Source: Gammaproteobacteria bacterium
Lineage (GTDB): Bacteria; Pseudomonadota; Gammaproteobacteria; Eutrophobiales; Eutrophobiaceae
Direction: 5' to 3'
NCBI GenBank assembly: GCA_963422205.2
Contig: CAXMWX010000005.1
Span: 480,001-544,000, forward strand
Length of the DNA: 64,000 nucleotides
Shown here: positions 19,976 to 30,172 of the stretch, one piece after another
Layout: every line of letters starts with the position of its first letter
Position numbering within the stretch: the stretch's first letter is position 1
The notes under the pieces: model-generated
The model's input: only the letters and a program-made list of their open reading frames with translations
Databases searched by the model: none
Told to the model about the DNA's origin: nothing
Made by a program: the position numbers and the translations under genes

Positions 19976-20845
19976 ATGCATGATACATGCAAAATATGGC
20001 TACAGTATGTTATTCCACAGCATTTTTTATCGCTGCTGATGTTCTCGTTAACGCACTGGCGCTGGCGTCTCTGGAAAAACACCCTGATTAACTTTGTGAT
20101 AAAAAAATATCAGGTAGACATGACGATAGCCGAATATGCAAAGGCGGATGAGTATGTTCATTTTAACGCATTTTTTACCCGTCGCTTAAAGCCGGATGCA
20201 AGGCCAGTGAATACTGAGACCGGCAGCATCATCTCGCCAGTTGATGCGCTCATCAGTGCGGCAGGTCGCATCGATGGGGAAACCATTTACCAGGCCAAGG
20301 CCAGGCAGTATAGCCTCAATGCCCTGCTCGCCTCTGAACAAAGCCTGTTGCCGCATTACACGGATGGCGATTTTGCCACCCTGTATTTATCCCCGTCCGA
20401 CTATCACCGCATACACATGCCGATAGACGGCGAACTGGAAAGCATGATTTATGTGCCGGGCTGCCTGTTCTCCGTCAACGCCCTGACGACAAAACATGTG
20501 GATGCCTTGTTTGCCAGAAACGAGAGAGTGATCTGTACATTTAATACGGCTGCAGGAAAAGTATCGCTCATCATGATTGCAGCGATCTTCGTTGGCGGCA
20601 TGACCACCATCTGGCATGGGCAAATCACACCAGGCAAGGGAGATCAGATACAACGCTGCTACTACACTGACAAACCGCCTGCCTTACCAAAAGGTGCAGA
20701 AATGGGACGCTTCAACATGGGATCAACGGTGATCATGCTGCTGGAGAGAGACCGCATCAACTGGAGCCAGCAGATGCAGGCGGGTAACTGGTTGGCGATG
20801 GGCAGCAAGATAGGCGAGTTTTTACCAGCGCCAAACTCTGAATGA
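19976..20845 (+). CDS. psd: Phosphatidylserine decarboxylase proenzyme
   Basis: FNAFFTR, YLSPSDYHRIHMP, LFARNER, GRFNMGSTV cleavage site. Confidence 0.93.
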   Translation: MHDTCKIWLQYVIPQHFLSLLMFSLTHWRWRLWKNTLINFVIKKYQVDMTIAEYAKADEYVHFNAFFTRRLKPDARPVNTETGSIISPVDALISAAGRIDGETIYQAKARQYSLNALLASEQSLLPHYTDGDFATLYLSPSDYHRIHMPIDGELESMIYVPGCLFSVNALTTKHVDALFARNERVICTFNTAAGKVSLIMIAAIFVGGMTTIWHGQITPGKGDQIQRCYYTDKPPALPKGAEMGRFNMGSTVIMLLERDRINWSQQMQAGNWLAMGSKIGEFLPAPNSE

Positions 20846-20871
20846 ATTTCTTTATCACTACCTGTGCCTCG

Positions 20872-21010
20872 TCAACAGCTTAATAGCTTTAAGGAGTAAA
20901 GCATGGTAGCCGTTGCCGCCGAGCCACACGAAAAATCCTCATCCTGTTTTTCAATATCGCTATCCCGTAAATCTTTCCCTGTTTTTACAGGCAGGTTGCC
21001 CGCTGGTACG
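20872..21010 (-). pseudogene. Fragment of a C39-family peptidase (FapD-like N-terminus)
   Basis: LPVKTGKDLRDSDIEKQDEDFSCGSAATATML matches the Q..D.SCG.AA catalytic-Cys motif; stops before the catalytic His. Confidence 0.6.
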
Positions 21011-21316
21011 CTATTTAAGATAGTGCCGTAACTGGTAGCGATAAATAAATCCCGGTACCGACAAGATGAGAAACAAAAAGAAAGACACCCAGTAAAATTC
21101 CCAATCCTGGCGATGTATTTCACCGGTCATCTTCCGTTCAACCCCAATGGCGATAAACCCCATCAGGCAATACAACATGGGGATCTCCAATAAACACATC
21201 CAGACTTTTTTCTTACCTGATGCTGGCTTGATAAAAAACACAAACCGCTCGGTAAACCAAGGAATGTTGGCCAGGACAAAGGCCAGCAAGACCAGCAGCC
21301 ATGCCACATCAGGCAT
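21011..21316 (-). CDS. DUF2818 family membrane protein
   Basis: ANIPW, QDWEFY, PGFIYRY; typical position after nuoN. Confidence 0.85.
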   Translation of the reverse strand: MPDVAWLLVLLAFVLANIPWFTERFVFFIKPASGKKKVWMCLLEIPMLYCLMGFIAIGVERKMTGEIHRQDWEFYWVSFFLFLILSVPGFIYRYQLRHYLK

Positions 21317-21367
21317 CGCTATATTGCCGACCTGTCAAGGGCAGGGTCACACAAGCCAGGCAGGGCG

Positions 21368-22819
21368 CTAAAAGCCTAGCGCACGAGTGCAAAGTGCCAT
21401 CAGCCACCCTGGCATCAGCCCAAATGCGACTAACAACAGACCATTGACACTCATCACGATACGCACCGGCCGGCTGGCCTTGAGCGCTGTCAGGTGTTCC
21501 GGTTTATCAAAATACATCAATTTGATGATGCGTAGATAATAGTAAGCGCCGATGACCGAAAACGCCACCGCCAGGCCCGCCAGCCAGACATGGCCGATAG
21601 CGATCACCTCCTTGATCACAAACCACTTTGCCCAGAAACCGGCAAGCGGCGGAACGCCCGCCATGGAAAACATCAACACCAGCATGATAAAGGCAAACCA
21701 GGGACTGCGCTCAGCCAGCCCCTTAAAATCATCAATGTTATTCGCTTCATGATCTTTTCTGCCCAGCAGGATCACCATGCCAAAGGCGCCCATGCTCATC
21801 ACCGCATAGACGATCACATAGAACATGGCACCAGCATAACCGTAACCCACCTCGGTTTGCATCCCCGGCAATAAACCTAAAATAAGAAACCCGATATGGG
21901 CAATCGCCGAATAGGCCAGCATACGTTTGATATTCGTTTGCGAGATGGCGATGATATTACCCGCCGCCATGGACAAGACCGACAAGATAATCAACATACC
22001 CTGCCAGTCCAGATGCAGGGGCTGCATACCCACTGTCAGCAGGCGGATGGCCATCGCCAGTGCGGCAATCTTTGGTGCCGTGGCAATAAATAACGTGACA
22101 GCAGTGGGCGCACCTTCATACACATCAGGCACCCACATGTGAAAGGGTACCGCACCTAACTTAAAGCCGATACCGACCACCACGAAGACCAAGCCGAAGG
22201 TCAGGAGTAAATTAAACTCGGACTGATCGCTGATGATGCTGGCGAGCTCTGGCAGTACCAGGGTCCCGGAGACGCCGTAGAGTATCGAGATGCCGTATAA
22301 CAGCATGCCCGAGGCCAGGGCGCCCAGAACAAAATATTTCATGGCAGCTTCCGGGGCGGTGTATGAATCTCTGTGCATCGCCACCATGGCATATAAAGAC
22401 AGCGATAATAATTCCAGCCCCAGATAGATTGTCAGCAAGGTGTGGGCGGACACCATGATCAGCATACCCAGCACGGCAAACAGACCAAGGATAAAATATT
22501 CGCCCTGCAACAGGCCGTGCTCACGAAAATAATCATAAGAATAAAAGAACACAACGACAGAGATGAGGCAAATACTGATCTTCAATAAGGTACTTAAGGG
22601 ATCGGCGATAAAATTCTGGCTGAATGCCAGGCTCGCCGTCTCCGGGCTGCCGTAGTAAACCAGCACGGCGATGACAATCAGCGTGGCCTGTACTGACCAG
22701 TAAGTCAGGCTTCGGTCAGGGTCTTTGGAAAACGCATCAACCAGTAAAATAACACAGGCCAGACACAACAAGACCAGCTCCGGCAGCAACAAGGCGATTT
22801 GTGCGTTTAATGGCATCAC
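21368..22819 (-). CDS. nuoN: NADH-quinone oxidoreductase subunit N
   Basis: LGLELLSL, EAAMKYFVLGALAS, FKLGAVPFHMWVPDVYEGAP, KRMLAYS. Confidence 0.95.
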   Translation of the reverse strand: MMPLNAQIALLLPELVLLCLACVILLVDAFSKDPDRSLTYWSVQATLIVIAVLVYYGSPETASLAFSQNFIADPLSTLLKISICLISVVVFFYSYDYFREHGLLQGEYFILGLFAVLGMLIMVSAHTLLTIYLGLELLSLSLYAMVAMHRDSYTAPEAAMKYFVLGALASGMLLYGISILYGVSGTLVLPELASIISDQSEFNLLLTFGLVFVVVGIGFKLGAVPFHMWVPDVYEGAPTAVTLFIATAPKIAALAMAIRLLTVGMQPLHLDWQGMLIILSVLSMAAGNIIAISQTNIKRMLAYSAIAHIGFLILGLLPGMQTEVGYGYAGAMFYVIVYAVMSMGAFGMVILLGRKDHEANNIDDFKGLAERSPWFAFIMLVLMFSMAGVPPLAGFWAKWFVIKEVIAIGHVWLAGLAVAFSVIGAYYYLRIIKLMYFDKPEHLTALKASRPVRIVMSVNGLLLVAFGLMPGWLMALCTRALGF

Positions 22820-24336
22820 TGGCCCAACTTGGTTTGCAGGATGTGCGCCACCAGATGTTCAACACTGGCATGCATAAGGTCAAAAATCGGCGCTGGCCAG
22901 ATGCCGAACAACAACACGACAAACGCCAGGGCGCCCAGGATAAATCCCTCACGGCCATCGATATCCTTCAGCCCGGCAACCGTATCATTCGCCACCTCGC
23001 CAAAGATAACGCGCTTGTACATCCAGAGCGTATAAGCAGCGCCCAGTATCAATATGGAGGCGGCCAGCAAGGCGACCCAGAGGCTCGCCTGGAAGCTGCT
23101 CAGGATGACTAGAAACTCGCCCACGAAGCCCGAGGTACCTGGCAGACCGGCATTCGCCATGGCGAATACCATCATAAACGCAGCGAACACCGGCATGGTG
23201 TTGGCCACGCCGCCATAAGCGCTGATATCGCGGCTGTGCACGCGGTCATACATGACGCCAACGCACAAAAACAGGGCCGCCGAAATAAAGCCATGCGAGA
23301 TCATCTGCATCATGGCGCCCTCCAGCCCCATGCTGACGCCGGCGGTTTGTTGCGTGGCGGCGAACACGGAAAAGCCAACGAAGAAGCCCAGCGTAACGAA
23401 ACCCATGTGCGAGATGGATGAGTAGGCGATCAGTTTCTTCATGTCCTGCTGCACCAGCGCCACAAAGCCGATATAGACGATCGCAATCAGGGACAGGACG
23501 ATCATCAGGGTATCGAAGGCCAGGGCGGCATCCGGCGTGATCGGCAGGCTGAAGCGAATAAAGCCGTACCCCCCCATTTTTAACATGATGGCGGCAAGGA
23601 TCACCGAGCCGCCCGTTGGCGCCTCTACGTGGGCATCCGGCAGCCAGGTATGCACCGGCCACATGGGTATCTTCACCGCAAAAGCGAGCAGAAAGGCGAT
23701 AAAGATCAGTTTTTGCGCCTGTAGTGATAAAGGCAGATAGTGCAAATCCAGAATATAAAAACTGCCTATTCTGGTGTACATGTACAACAGGGCAACCAGC
23801 ATAAACACCGAGCCCAGAAAGGTGTAGAGAAAAAACTTCACCGTGGCGTAGACGCGCCTGGGGCCACCCCAGATGCCGATGATCAGAAACATCGGGATCA
23901 GCATGGCCTCCCAGAAGAAATAAAACAGGATGGCGTCAAGAGAAGCGAACACCCCGATCATCATCCCCTCCAGGATGAGAAATGCCGCCAGGTACTGCGA
24001 TAGACGGGTTTGGATCGCCTCCCAGCCTGCCAGTATGACCAGCACGGTGGTAAATGTGGTCAGTAAAATCAACGGCACGGCAAAACCATCAACGCCCAGA
24101 TGATAATGGATGTTAAAGGTGTCAATCCAACGGGCATATTCCCTGAACTGCATGACATGCGTGGTGGTATCAAAACGCAAATACAGCAGCGTGGATAATA
24201 AAAACACCAGCACGGAAATCGCCAGCGCCAGCCACCTGACCGTTTGCCCCTGCCGGTCACCAGCATATAGCACAAAGACACCGCCCAGTATGGGTGCCCA
24301 TATCAACAGACTCAAAATCGGTAGGGATTGTTGCAT
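22816..24336 (-). CDS. nuoM: NADH-quinone oxidoreductase subunit M
   Basis: FWEAMLIPM, KIPMWPVHTWLPDAHVEAPT, KKLIAYSSISHMG. Confidence 0.95.
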   Translation of the reverse strand: MQQSLPILSLLIWAPILGGVFVLYAGDRQGQTVRWLALAISVLVFLLSTLLYLRFDTTTHVMQFREYARWIDTFNIHYHLGVDGFAVPLILLTTFTTVLVILAGWEAIQTRLSQYLAAFLILEGMMIGVFASLDAILFYFFWEAMLIPMFLIIGIWGGPRRVYATVKFFLYTFLGSVFMLVALLYMYTRIGSFYILDLHYLPLSLQAQKLIFIAFLLAFAVKIPMWPVHTWLPDAHVEAPTGGSVILAAIMLKMGGYGFIRFSLPITPDAALAFDTLMIVLSLIAIVYIGFVALVQQDMKKLIAYSSISHMGFVTLGFFVGFSVFAATQQTAGVSMGLEGAMMQMISHGFISAALFLCVGVMYDRVHSRDISAYGGVANTMPVFAAFMMVFAMANAGLPGTSGFVGEFLVILSSFQASLWVALLAASILILGAAYTLWMYKRVIFGEVANDTVAGLKDIDGREGFILGALAFVVLLFGIWPAPIFDLMHASVEHLVAHILQTKLGQ

Positions 24337-24471
24337 ATTTTTGTTATCAAAATAGACTTTGATCTATTTCTTTTGAAAGTTACATAAGAAAGTGACCGCC
24401 ATTACCTTGCTGATAACCTGACATTTTGTCTTTCATGGCTGTCCCCCTTTTGGTTTTGATTACCAATCTTT

Positions 24472-25560
24472 TTAGTTACCTTCCTCTAAAATCACCAGTT
24501 GATTCCAACAGCGTTTCAGTTCAAATGGAATTTCCTCATCAGTTTCAACTAGTGCAACATATCTCCTCACGAAGTTATCAGTGCTCTTCATTAGGCGAAG
24601 ATAGTATTTCAGAGTTGATGCGACGCCATTAACGATAACTTGACATCCGAAGCTTTTCCTGATGGATAGAACAAGGTTGGTGATTTTATCCATATCCTTG
24701 ATTTCTTCGTTCGTGCTTAGGATATAGAAGTACTTTATCCCTGCTCCTGATATCTTCTCTTTCAAGCCCTCTATCATTTCAGGCGTGATTAGCTGCTTGT
24801 ATTTTATCTCAACAGCTTCAAATGAATAACCATGCGGATCAAATAATTCTACATCGCCAATTCGCTTTGTTTTTTCATCTGCGCTTGTATGCGACCTCAG
24901 TTCATCCAGTTTACATCCCTTATACTTTGCAACCTCATCGATCAAGCATGAATATGCCGCATACGTGGCTAATACCGGAAGTTTAGAAACCCCGGCCATT
25001 TCACTTTCCCAATGATTATTTACAAGATCAACTATTTCACTGATCTGTTTCCCCAGCGGCATTGCTAAAGTCAACGATGCTTTTTCCGTTCGCCAGTCAA
25101 ATAGTTCACGCAGCATAAATAAGATTGACGATTCGGCATCAACACCGTTTTCAACTTCATCAACCGCATCAAGGAATGCAGATCTCAAAGATACTGGCCG
25201 AATTTTACCTGGATAGTTTTTATCATACGGATGATCTTGCTCAAACGATCTGGTTAGCCAACCCGAACCAGATTGCATGTATGGAAAACTTTCCCGCCTC
25301 AAAAATGGAGTTACTTCTTTTGCATCCATACTCCTTCCAGAAAAACCACCATCCATACTGGCTCTATGTAGACGGATATTCTGCTCCGGCTCTTGATGTT
25401 TTTTCAGAAGCAATGTGATCATAACTGCCAATGCAGCCTTTTGATTACCAGAACAAGCATTCTCTATGATTATGGAAAGGTTACCCCTATGAGCTTTTGA
25501 CAGTCCGAATTTTGTATTAACCGATTGACTCGCTGTTTTCAGTAAGTTATCCAGCATCAT
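24472..25560 (-). CDS. Putative type II restriction endonuclease (PD-(D/E)xK)
   Basis: Overlaps the MTase stop; HTSAD...RIGDVELF...EAVEIK nuclease-like motif; GGFSGRS...GWLTRSFEQ block; start re-called at 25560. Confidence 0.65.
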   Translation of the reverse strand: MMLDNLLKTASQSVNTKFGLSKAHRGNLSIIIENACSGNQKAALAVMITLLLKKHQEPEQNIRLHRASMDGGFSGRSMDAKEVTPFLRRESFPYMQSGSGWLTRSFEQDHPYDKNYPGKIRPVSLRSAFLDAVDEVENGVDAESSILFMLRELFDWRTEKASLTLAMPLGKQISEIVDLVNNHWESEMAGVSKLPVLATYAAYSCLIDEVAKYKGCKLDELRSHTSADEKTKRIGDVELFDPHGYSFEAVEIKYKQLITPEMIEGLKEKISGAGIKYFYILSTNEEIKDMDKITNLVLSIRKSFGCQVIVNGVASTLKYYLRLMKSTDNFVRRYVALVETDEEIPFELKRCWNQLVILEEGN

Positions 25561-26530
25561 GTATCCTTTTGTTGGCGATCTCACAATAATCCGGGTCAAT
25601 ATCCATACCCATATATTTGCGATTTTCCGAAATAGCCGCCAAGGCTGTTGTACCACTCCCTACATATGGATCCAAAACTAATCCACCCGGTGGGCAAAGC
25701 AGTTTGATGATTTCACGGATAATTCCAAGAGGAAAAACGGCGCAATGCTTCAACCCCGGCACGCTCTCAACAGTTGTTTCCATAACATCCTTCTTCATTG
25801 AGTTTCCATGTATCCTGATAATTGTGAATCCTTTACGCTCCATTTGTATTTTCCTACCGCCTTCTTGGCCTCCAAAAGCCTCAGCATGAATACCTCTTAT
25901 CTTCATACGGAAGCCCTGTACACTACCCGCCTTAACCTCCGCAATAACTTCATTCAGTGCTTCGCTAGCATTTTTCTTTTCCGATGTTGTAAGATTGGAA
26001 TCCTTTATCATTTCACGATACTTTCCACCAAGCCTATTGGTTGGCTTATGCTTGATGAAGTTTACTTTTCTCTCGAAGAAATTTTTGCGATCATAATAAT
26101 AATCACCTGACTTGGCAAAGTGAAAAAATGGTTCAGTGCTGCTTACTAGGCGACGGTTGAATTGCCTTGGGGTCGGATTGGTCTTTACCCAAGTTATATT
26201 ATTCACTAAACGAATATCATTTTTCTTGGTTGCCTCAATAGCAAATCTGAATGGAACCAGTAGAAGCGAACTATTAATATACTTGTCGCCAAGATTATAA
26301 ACTAGACTTCCAGTCGGCTTTATGACCCGAACGGCTTCATTGAACACTTCCATCAGAGATTCAATATAATCTTCAACTGAACCTTCATTACCAATTGTCA
26401 TCCCGGCCATATTGTAATGCCGCTGCATATAATATGGCGGCGATGTAACCAGCAAATCTATTGAGTCTTTGGGCATTTGCTTCAATAGAAAAGCAGAGTC
26501 GCCGCATTGTATGGTGTTTGTTAGGTTCAT
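25547..26530 (-). CDS. Site-specific DNA methyltransferase, beta class (N4-C/N6-A)
   Basis: DLLVTSPPY catalytic motif first, then HCAVFP and VLDPYVGSGTT SAM-binding motif. Confidence 0.93.
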   Translation of the reverse strand: MNLTNTIQCGDSAFLLKQMPKDSIDLLVTSPPYYMQRHYNMAGMTIGNEGSVEDYIESLMEVFNEAVRVIKPTGSLVYNLGDKYINSSLLLVPFRFAIEATKKNDIRLVNNITWVKTNPTPRQFNRRLVSSTEPFFHFAKSGDYYYDRKNFFERKVNFIKHKPTNRLGGKYREMIKDSNLTTSEKKNASEALNEVIAEVKAGSVQGFRMKIRGIHAEAFGGQEGGRKIQMERKGFTIIRIHGNSMKKDVMETTVESVPGLKHCAVFPLGIIREIIKLLCPPGGLVLDPYVGSGTTALAAISENRKYMGMDIDPDYCEIANKRIHDAG

Positions 26531-26606
26531 GTTTTTCCTCGTTCGACAATTCCTTGTCAGTAGTCAGGCCACCATAACAAAGTCGCTTGTCTCTTATTTA
26601 TTAACC

Positions 26607-26765
26607 TCACATGCCTGCCTCTTCCCAATATTCTAAATTAGAGAGAATCTCATCTTTATCAGCCGCTAATTCCCTGGCTTTCAAAATGGCCTGTTGTTCA
26701 CTGTCTGCACTTATCTCAACAGTATGAAAACCTGAATAATATATTTTGACTTCATACGCCTTCAT
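26607..26765 (-). CDS. Small acidic hypothetical protein (DpnD/PcfM-like pattern)
   Basis: 52 aa MKAYEVKIYYSGFHTVEISADSEQQAILKARE...; GAGGA RBS; AT-rich like the cassette. Confidence 0.55.
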   Translation of the reverse strand: MKAYEVKIYYSGFHTVEISADSEQQAILKARELAADKDEILSNLEYWEEAGM

Positions 26766-26788
26766 GTTGTTATCCTCATATCCTGCGA

Positions 26789-28747
26789 TCAAAAAACCTG
26801 ATGCACAAACACGGCGAGCAGCAGCAACAGGCCGATGATCATGGCAAAGGCGTAGTCGTACAAGTAACCGGATTGCAGCGTCCTGATGACACTGGAACAC
26901 CAGCGCACAGCCGCCGCCGTACCATTCACAATGAAGCCATCAATCAGCCTGGCATCGCCCAACTGCCACAGGCCCCTGCCAAGCACCCGGGCACCGCCAG
27001 CAAAGATGAATTGATAGATCGCATCCAGGTAATACTTGTTTGTCAGCAGCCGATGCAGCCAGCGAGAGTGGGCGGCGATCTTCGCCGGCATATCGGGGAA
27101 TTTGATATACAACAGCCAGGCAACCAGCGCACCGGCGGCGGCCAGATAGAGCGGCGGATGCTTGAATGCGGCCAGGGTGAAGGCCAGCACGCCGTGGTAA
27201 TGTGCGCCCAGTTGAGCCAGCACATTGTTGGCTTCGGCGACATGGATCGCCGCCGCAAAATAATCCCCGAACAACATATCGCTGATCAGCCAGGCACCGA
27301 TAAAGACCGATGGGACCGCCAGCACCAGCAATGGGGCAGTGATCACTTTCGGTGATTCACGCAACTGCTCCCAGGTGTGCCGATCCATGCGCTCCTTGCC
27401 GTGGAAGGTCATAAAGAACAGGCGGAAGCTGTACAGCGCCGTGATAAACACACCAAGCAGCACGGCATAATAAGCAAACCCGGCCCCGGGAATGCTGGAG
27501 TAATGCACCGCCTCGATGATCGCATCCTTGGAGTAGAAACCCGCCATACCCGGAAAACCGATCAAGGCCAGGGTACCTATCAGGCTGGTAAACCAGGTGA
27601 TCGGCAGGTAGCGGTACAAGCCGCCCATCTTACGCATGTCCTGCTCATGGTGCATGGCGATAATCACCGAGCCGGCGGCCAGGAACAACAGCGCCTTGAA
27701 GAACGCATGGGTGACCAGATGAAAGATGGCCGCACTGTAGGCCGAGGCGCCCAGGGCCACCGTCATATAGCCCAGTTGCGATAAGGTGGAGTAAGCAATA
27801 ACGCGCTTGATGTCGTGTTGTACCAGCCCAAGCAGCCCCATGAAAAAAGCGGTTACCGCACCGACCACCAAGACAACGCTCAAGGCGGTCACGGATAACT
27901 CATACAGCGGCGACATGCGCGCCACCATGAAGATGCCGGCGGTGACCATCGTGGCAGCATGGATCAAGGCGGAGATAGGCGTCGGGCCTTCCATGGAATC
28001 AGGCAACCAGATGTGTAACGGCGCTTGTGCTGACTTGCCCATCGCACCGATAAAAAGACAGATGCAGATCACCGTCAACACCGACCATTCCTGACCCTCA
28101 ATGACGGACAGGGTCTCACCTGCCAGGGCCGGCGCCTGGCGAAACACCGCCGCATAATCCAGCGTACCAAAATACAGCAGCACCGCCGCTATGCCCAACA
28201 AGAAACCCGCATCGCCCACACGATTGACCAGAAAGGCTTTCAAGTTAGCCAGAATGGCGGACTCTTTTTTGAACCAGAAGCCAATCAGCAGATAAGAGAC
28301 CAGCCCGACCGCTTCCCAGCCAAAGAATAGCTGCATGAAGTTGTTCGACATCACCAGCATCAACATGGCGAAGGTGAACAGCGAGATGTAGCTGAAGAAG
28401 CGCTGATAGCCCGGATCATCGCGCATATAGCCGATGGTGTAGATGTGGATCATCCAGGAGACGAAGCTCACCACCACCATCATGGTCACGCTTAACTGAT
28501 CGATCAAAAACCCGACCTCAAGGCGCAGCCCGCCCGTGATCAGCCAAGTATAGACCGTCTGGTTATAGACTGCACCGCCATCGAACATCAGCCGCTTGTA
28601 GGCCAGCAAGGAGAGTATGGCAGAGATGCCCACACCGATGATCGTCACCCAGTGGGCGCCGCTACGGCCAATGAACTTGCCAAACACCCCGGCGATAACC
28701 GCACCGGCAAGGGGTGACAGCACGATGGTGTAGTAAATATTCTCCAC
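26789..28747 (-). CDS. nuoL: NADH-quinone oxidoreductase subunit L
   Basis: FFGWEAVG, NRVGD, GKSAQAPLHIWLPDSMEGPTP, HAFFKALLF. Confidence 0.95.
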   Translation of the reverse strand: MENIYYTIVLSPLAGAVIAGVFGKFIGRSGAHWVTIIGVGISAILSLLAYKRLMFDGGAVYNQTVYTWLITGGLRLEVGFLIDQLSVTMMVVVSFVSWMIHIYTIGYMRDDPGYQRFFSYISLFTFAMLMLVMSNNFMQLFFGWEAVGLVSYLLIGFWFKKESAILANLKAFLVNRVGDAGFLLGIAAVLLYFGTLDYAAVFRQAPALAGETLSVIEGQEWSVLTVICICLFIGAMGKSAQAPLHIWLPDSMEGPTPISALIHAATMVTAGIFMVARMSPLYELSVTALSVVLVVGAVTAFFMGLLGLVQHDIKRVIAYSTLSQLGYMTVALGASAYSAAIFHLVTHAFFKALLFLAAGSVIIAMHHEQDMRKMGGLYRYLPITWFTSLIGTLALIGFPGMAGFYSKDAIIEAVHYSSIPGAGFAYYAVLLGVFITALYSFRLFFMTFHGKERMDRHTWEQLRESPKVITAPLLVLAVPSVFIGAWLISDMLFGDYFAAAIHVAEANNVLAQLGAHYHGVLAFTLAAFKHPPLYLAAAGALVAWLLYIKFPDMPAKIAAHSRWLHRLLTNKYYLDAIYQFIFAGGARVLGRGLWQLGDARLIDGFIVNGTAAAVRWCSSVIRTLQSGYLYDYAFAMIIGLLLLLAVFVHQVF

Positions 28748-28750
28748 CGG

Positions 28751-29056
28751 CTACCCCCGCATACTGTCCAGATCATTGACGTTGATCGTGTTACGTTTCC
28801 TAAACAACACCACCAGGATGGCAAGACCAATAGCCGATTCAGCGGCAGCCACGGTGAGAATAAAAAATACAAACACCTGACCATGCAGATTGCCGAGGAA
28901 ATGCGAAAAGGCGATAAAGTTCAGGTTCACCGAAAGCAGCATCAGCTCGATACACATCAGCAGGATGATGATGTTCTTGCGGTTGATAAAAATCCCGGCC
29001 ACGCTGATACAAAAAAGACAGGCCGCCAGCAGCAACACCTCTGCCAGGCTGATCAC
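28751..29056 (-). CDS. nuoK: NADH-quinone oxidoreductase subunit K
   Basis: [30 protein letters not shown]. Confidence 0.95.
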   Translation of the reverse strand: MISLAEVLLLAACLFCISVAGIFINRKNIIILLMCIELMLLSVNLNFIAFSHFLGNLHGQVFVFFILTVAAAESAIGLAILVVLFRKRNTINVNDLDSMRG

Positions 29057-29661
29057 TCCCGGCGCTCCGCATCCATCGTCACCAGGCGCACGCGGCGCTC
29101 TGGTCTTGCGGTTACTTGGTGCTCTGGCCGGGGGCCGCGGCGCTGACGTGGCTTAACCCGGGTCAAGCTGATAGCGGCAATGATCGCCACCATCAACACC
29201 GCCCCGGCAATCTCAAACGGGTACAGGTAATCGGTGAATAACAACTGGCCTAATGCACGTGTGTTACTGATGCCGCTATCGGTCTGGGCTGTGGTGCTGA
29301 TATTGATATTGGATAACACCACATCATCGGTGCCGACCACCAGCCCCATGGCCAGCAACATCAGCCCGGCCACGATGATCCCCACTGGCAGGAAGCGCGC
29401 AAAGCCCTCACGCAACGGTGCCAGGTTAATATCAAGCAACATCATGACAAACAAAAACAACACCATGACAGCGCCGACATAGACGAGTATTAAAGCGATG
29501 GCGAGAAACTCCGCCTGCAATAACAGCCATATAGCGGCGCTGCAAAAAAATGCCAGCACCAAAAACAAGGCGGCATGTACCGGGTTACGCAGCGTGATCA
29601 CCATCACGGCCGATAACACCAGCAAGGCAGCGAAGACATAGAAGATGATCTGCTCCAGCAT
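29053..29661 (-). CDS. nuoJ: NADH-quinone oxidoreductase subunit J
   Basis: [31 protein letters not shown]. Confidence 0.95.
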   Translation of the reverse strand: MLEQIIFYVFAALLVLSAVMVITLRNPVHAALFLVLAFFCSAAIWLLLQAEFLAIALILVYVGAVMVLFLFVMMLLDINLAPLREGFARFLPVGIIVAGLMLLAMGLVVGTDDVVLSNINISTTAQTDSGISNTRALGQLLFTDYLYPFEIAGAVLMVAIIAAISLTRVKPRQRRGPRPEHQVTARPERRVRLVTMDAERRE

Positions 29662-29668
29662 CAGCGCA

Positions 29669-30157
29669 TTACCTGTAGGCCGCTTCCTCGGCCCGGTCAG
29701 CAGCTATCTGCTGCTCGGCCTTATCGCCGACCGCCAGCAGTTTTTCCTTGGTCATCAGCAAATCACCACGCTGCTCACCATGGTATTCATAGATGCGAGT
29801 CTCAACGATGGAATCCACCGGACAGGACTCCTCACAAAAACCGCAAAAAATACACTTGGTCAAATCGATATCATAACGGGTGGTGCGCCGGGTGCCGTCT
29901 TCTCTCTGTTCCGAATCAATGGTAATGGCCAGGGCCGGACAGACTGCTTCGCACAGCTTGCAGGCAATGCAGCGCTCCTCGCCATTAGGGTAACGGCGCA
30001 GGGCATGCAGACCACGAAAACGCGGCGACTGGGGCGTCTTCTCTTCCGGGTATTGCACGGTGATCTTGCGGGTAAACAGATGACGGCCAGTCAAACGCAA
30101 ACCTTTTATCAACTCCCATAACAACACGCTGTGAAAATACTGTTTAATTCTCTCCAT
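29669..30157 (-). CDS. nuoI: NADH-quinone oxidoreductase subunit I
   Basis: [12 protein letters not shown] and [12 protein letters not shown] 4Fe-4S motifs. Confidence 0.96.
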   Translation of the reverse strand: MERIKQYFHSVLLWELIKGLRLTGRHLFTRKITVQYPEEKTPQSPRFRGLHALRRYPNGEERCIACKLCEAVCPALAITIDSEQREDGTRRTTRYDIDLTKCIFCGFCEESCPVDSIVETRIYEYHGEQRGDLLMTKEKLLAVGDKAEQQIAADRAEEAAYR

Positions 30158-30172
30158 AACCTAACACCTGCC

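Larger units (their letters stand above)
24346..26794 (-). mobile_element. AT-rich horizontally acquired cassette (small ORF, methyltransferase, nuclease) inserted between nuoL and nuoM
   Basis: Abrupt drop in GC; splits normally adjacent nuoL-nuoM; ATCAAAA present at both 24346-24352 and 26788-26794; no integrase or transposase. Confidence 0.7.
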
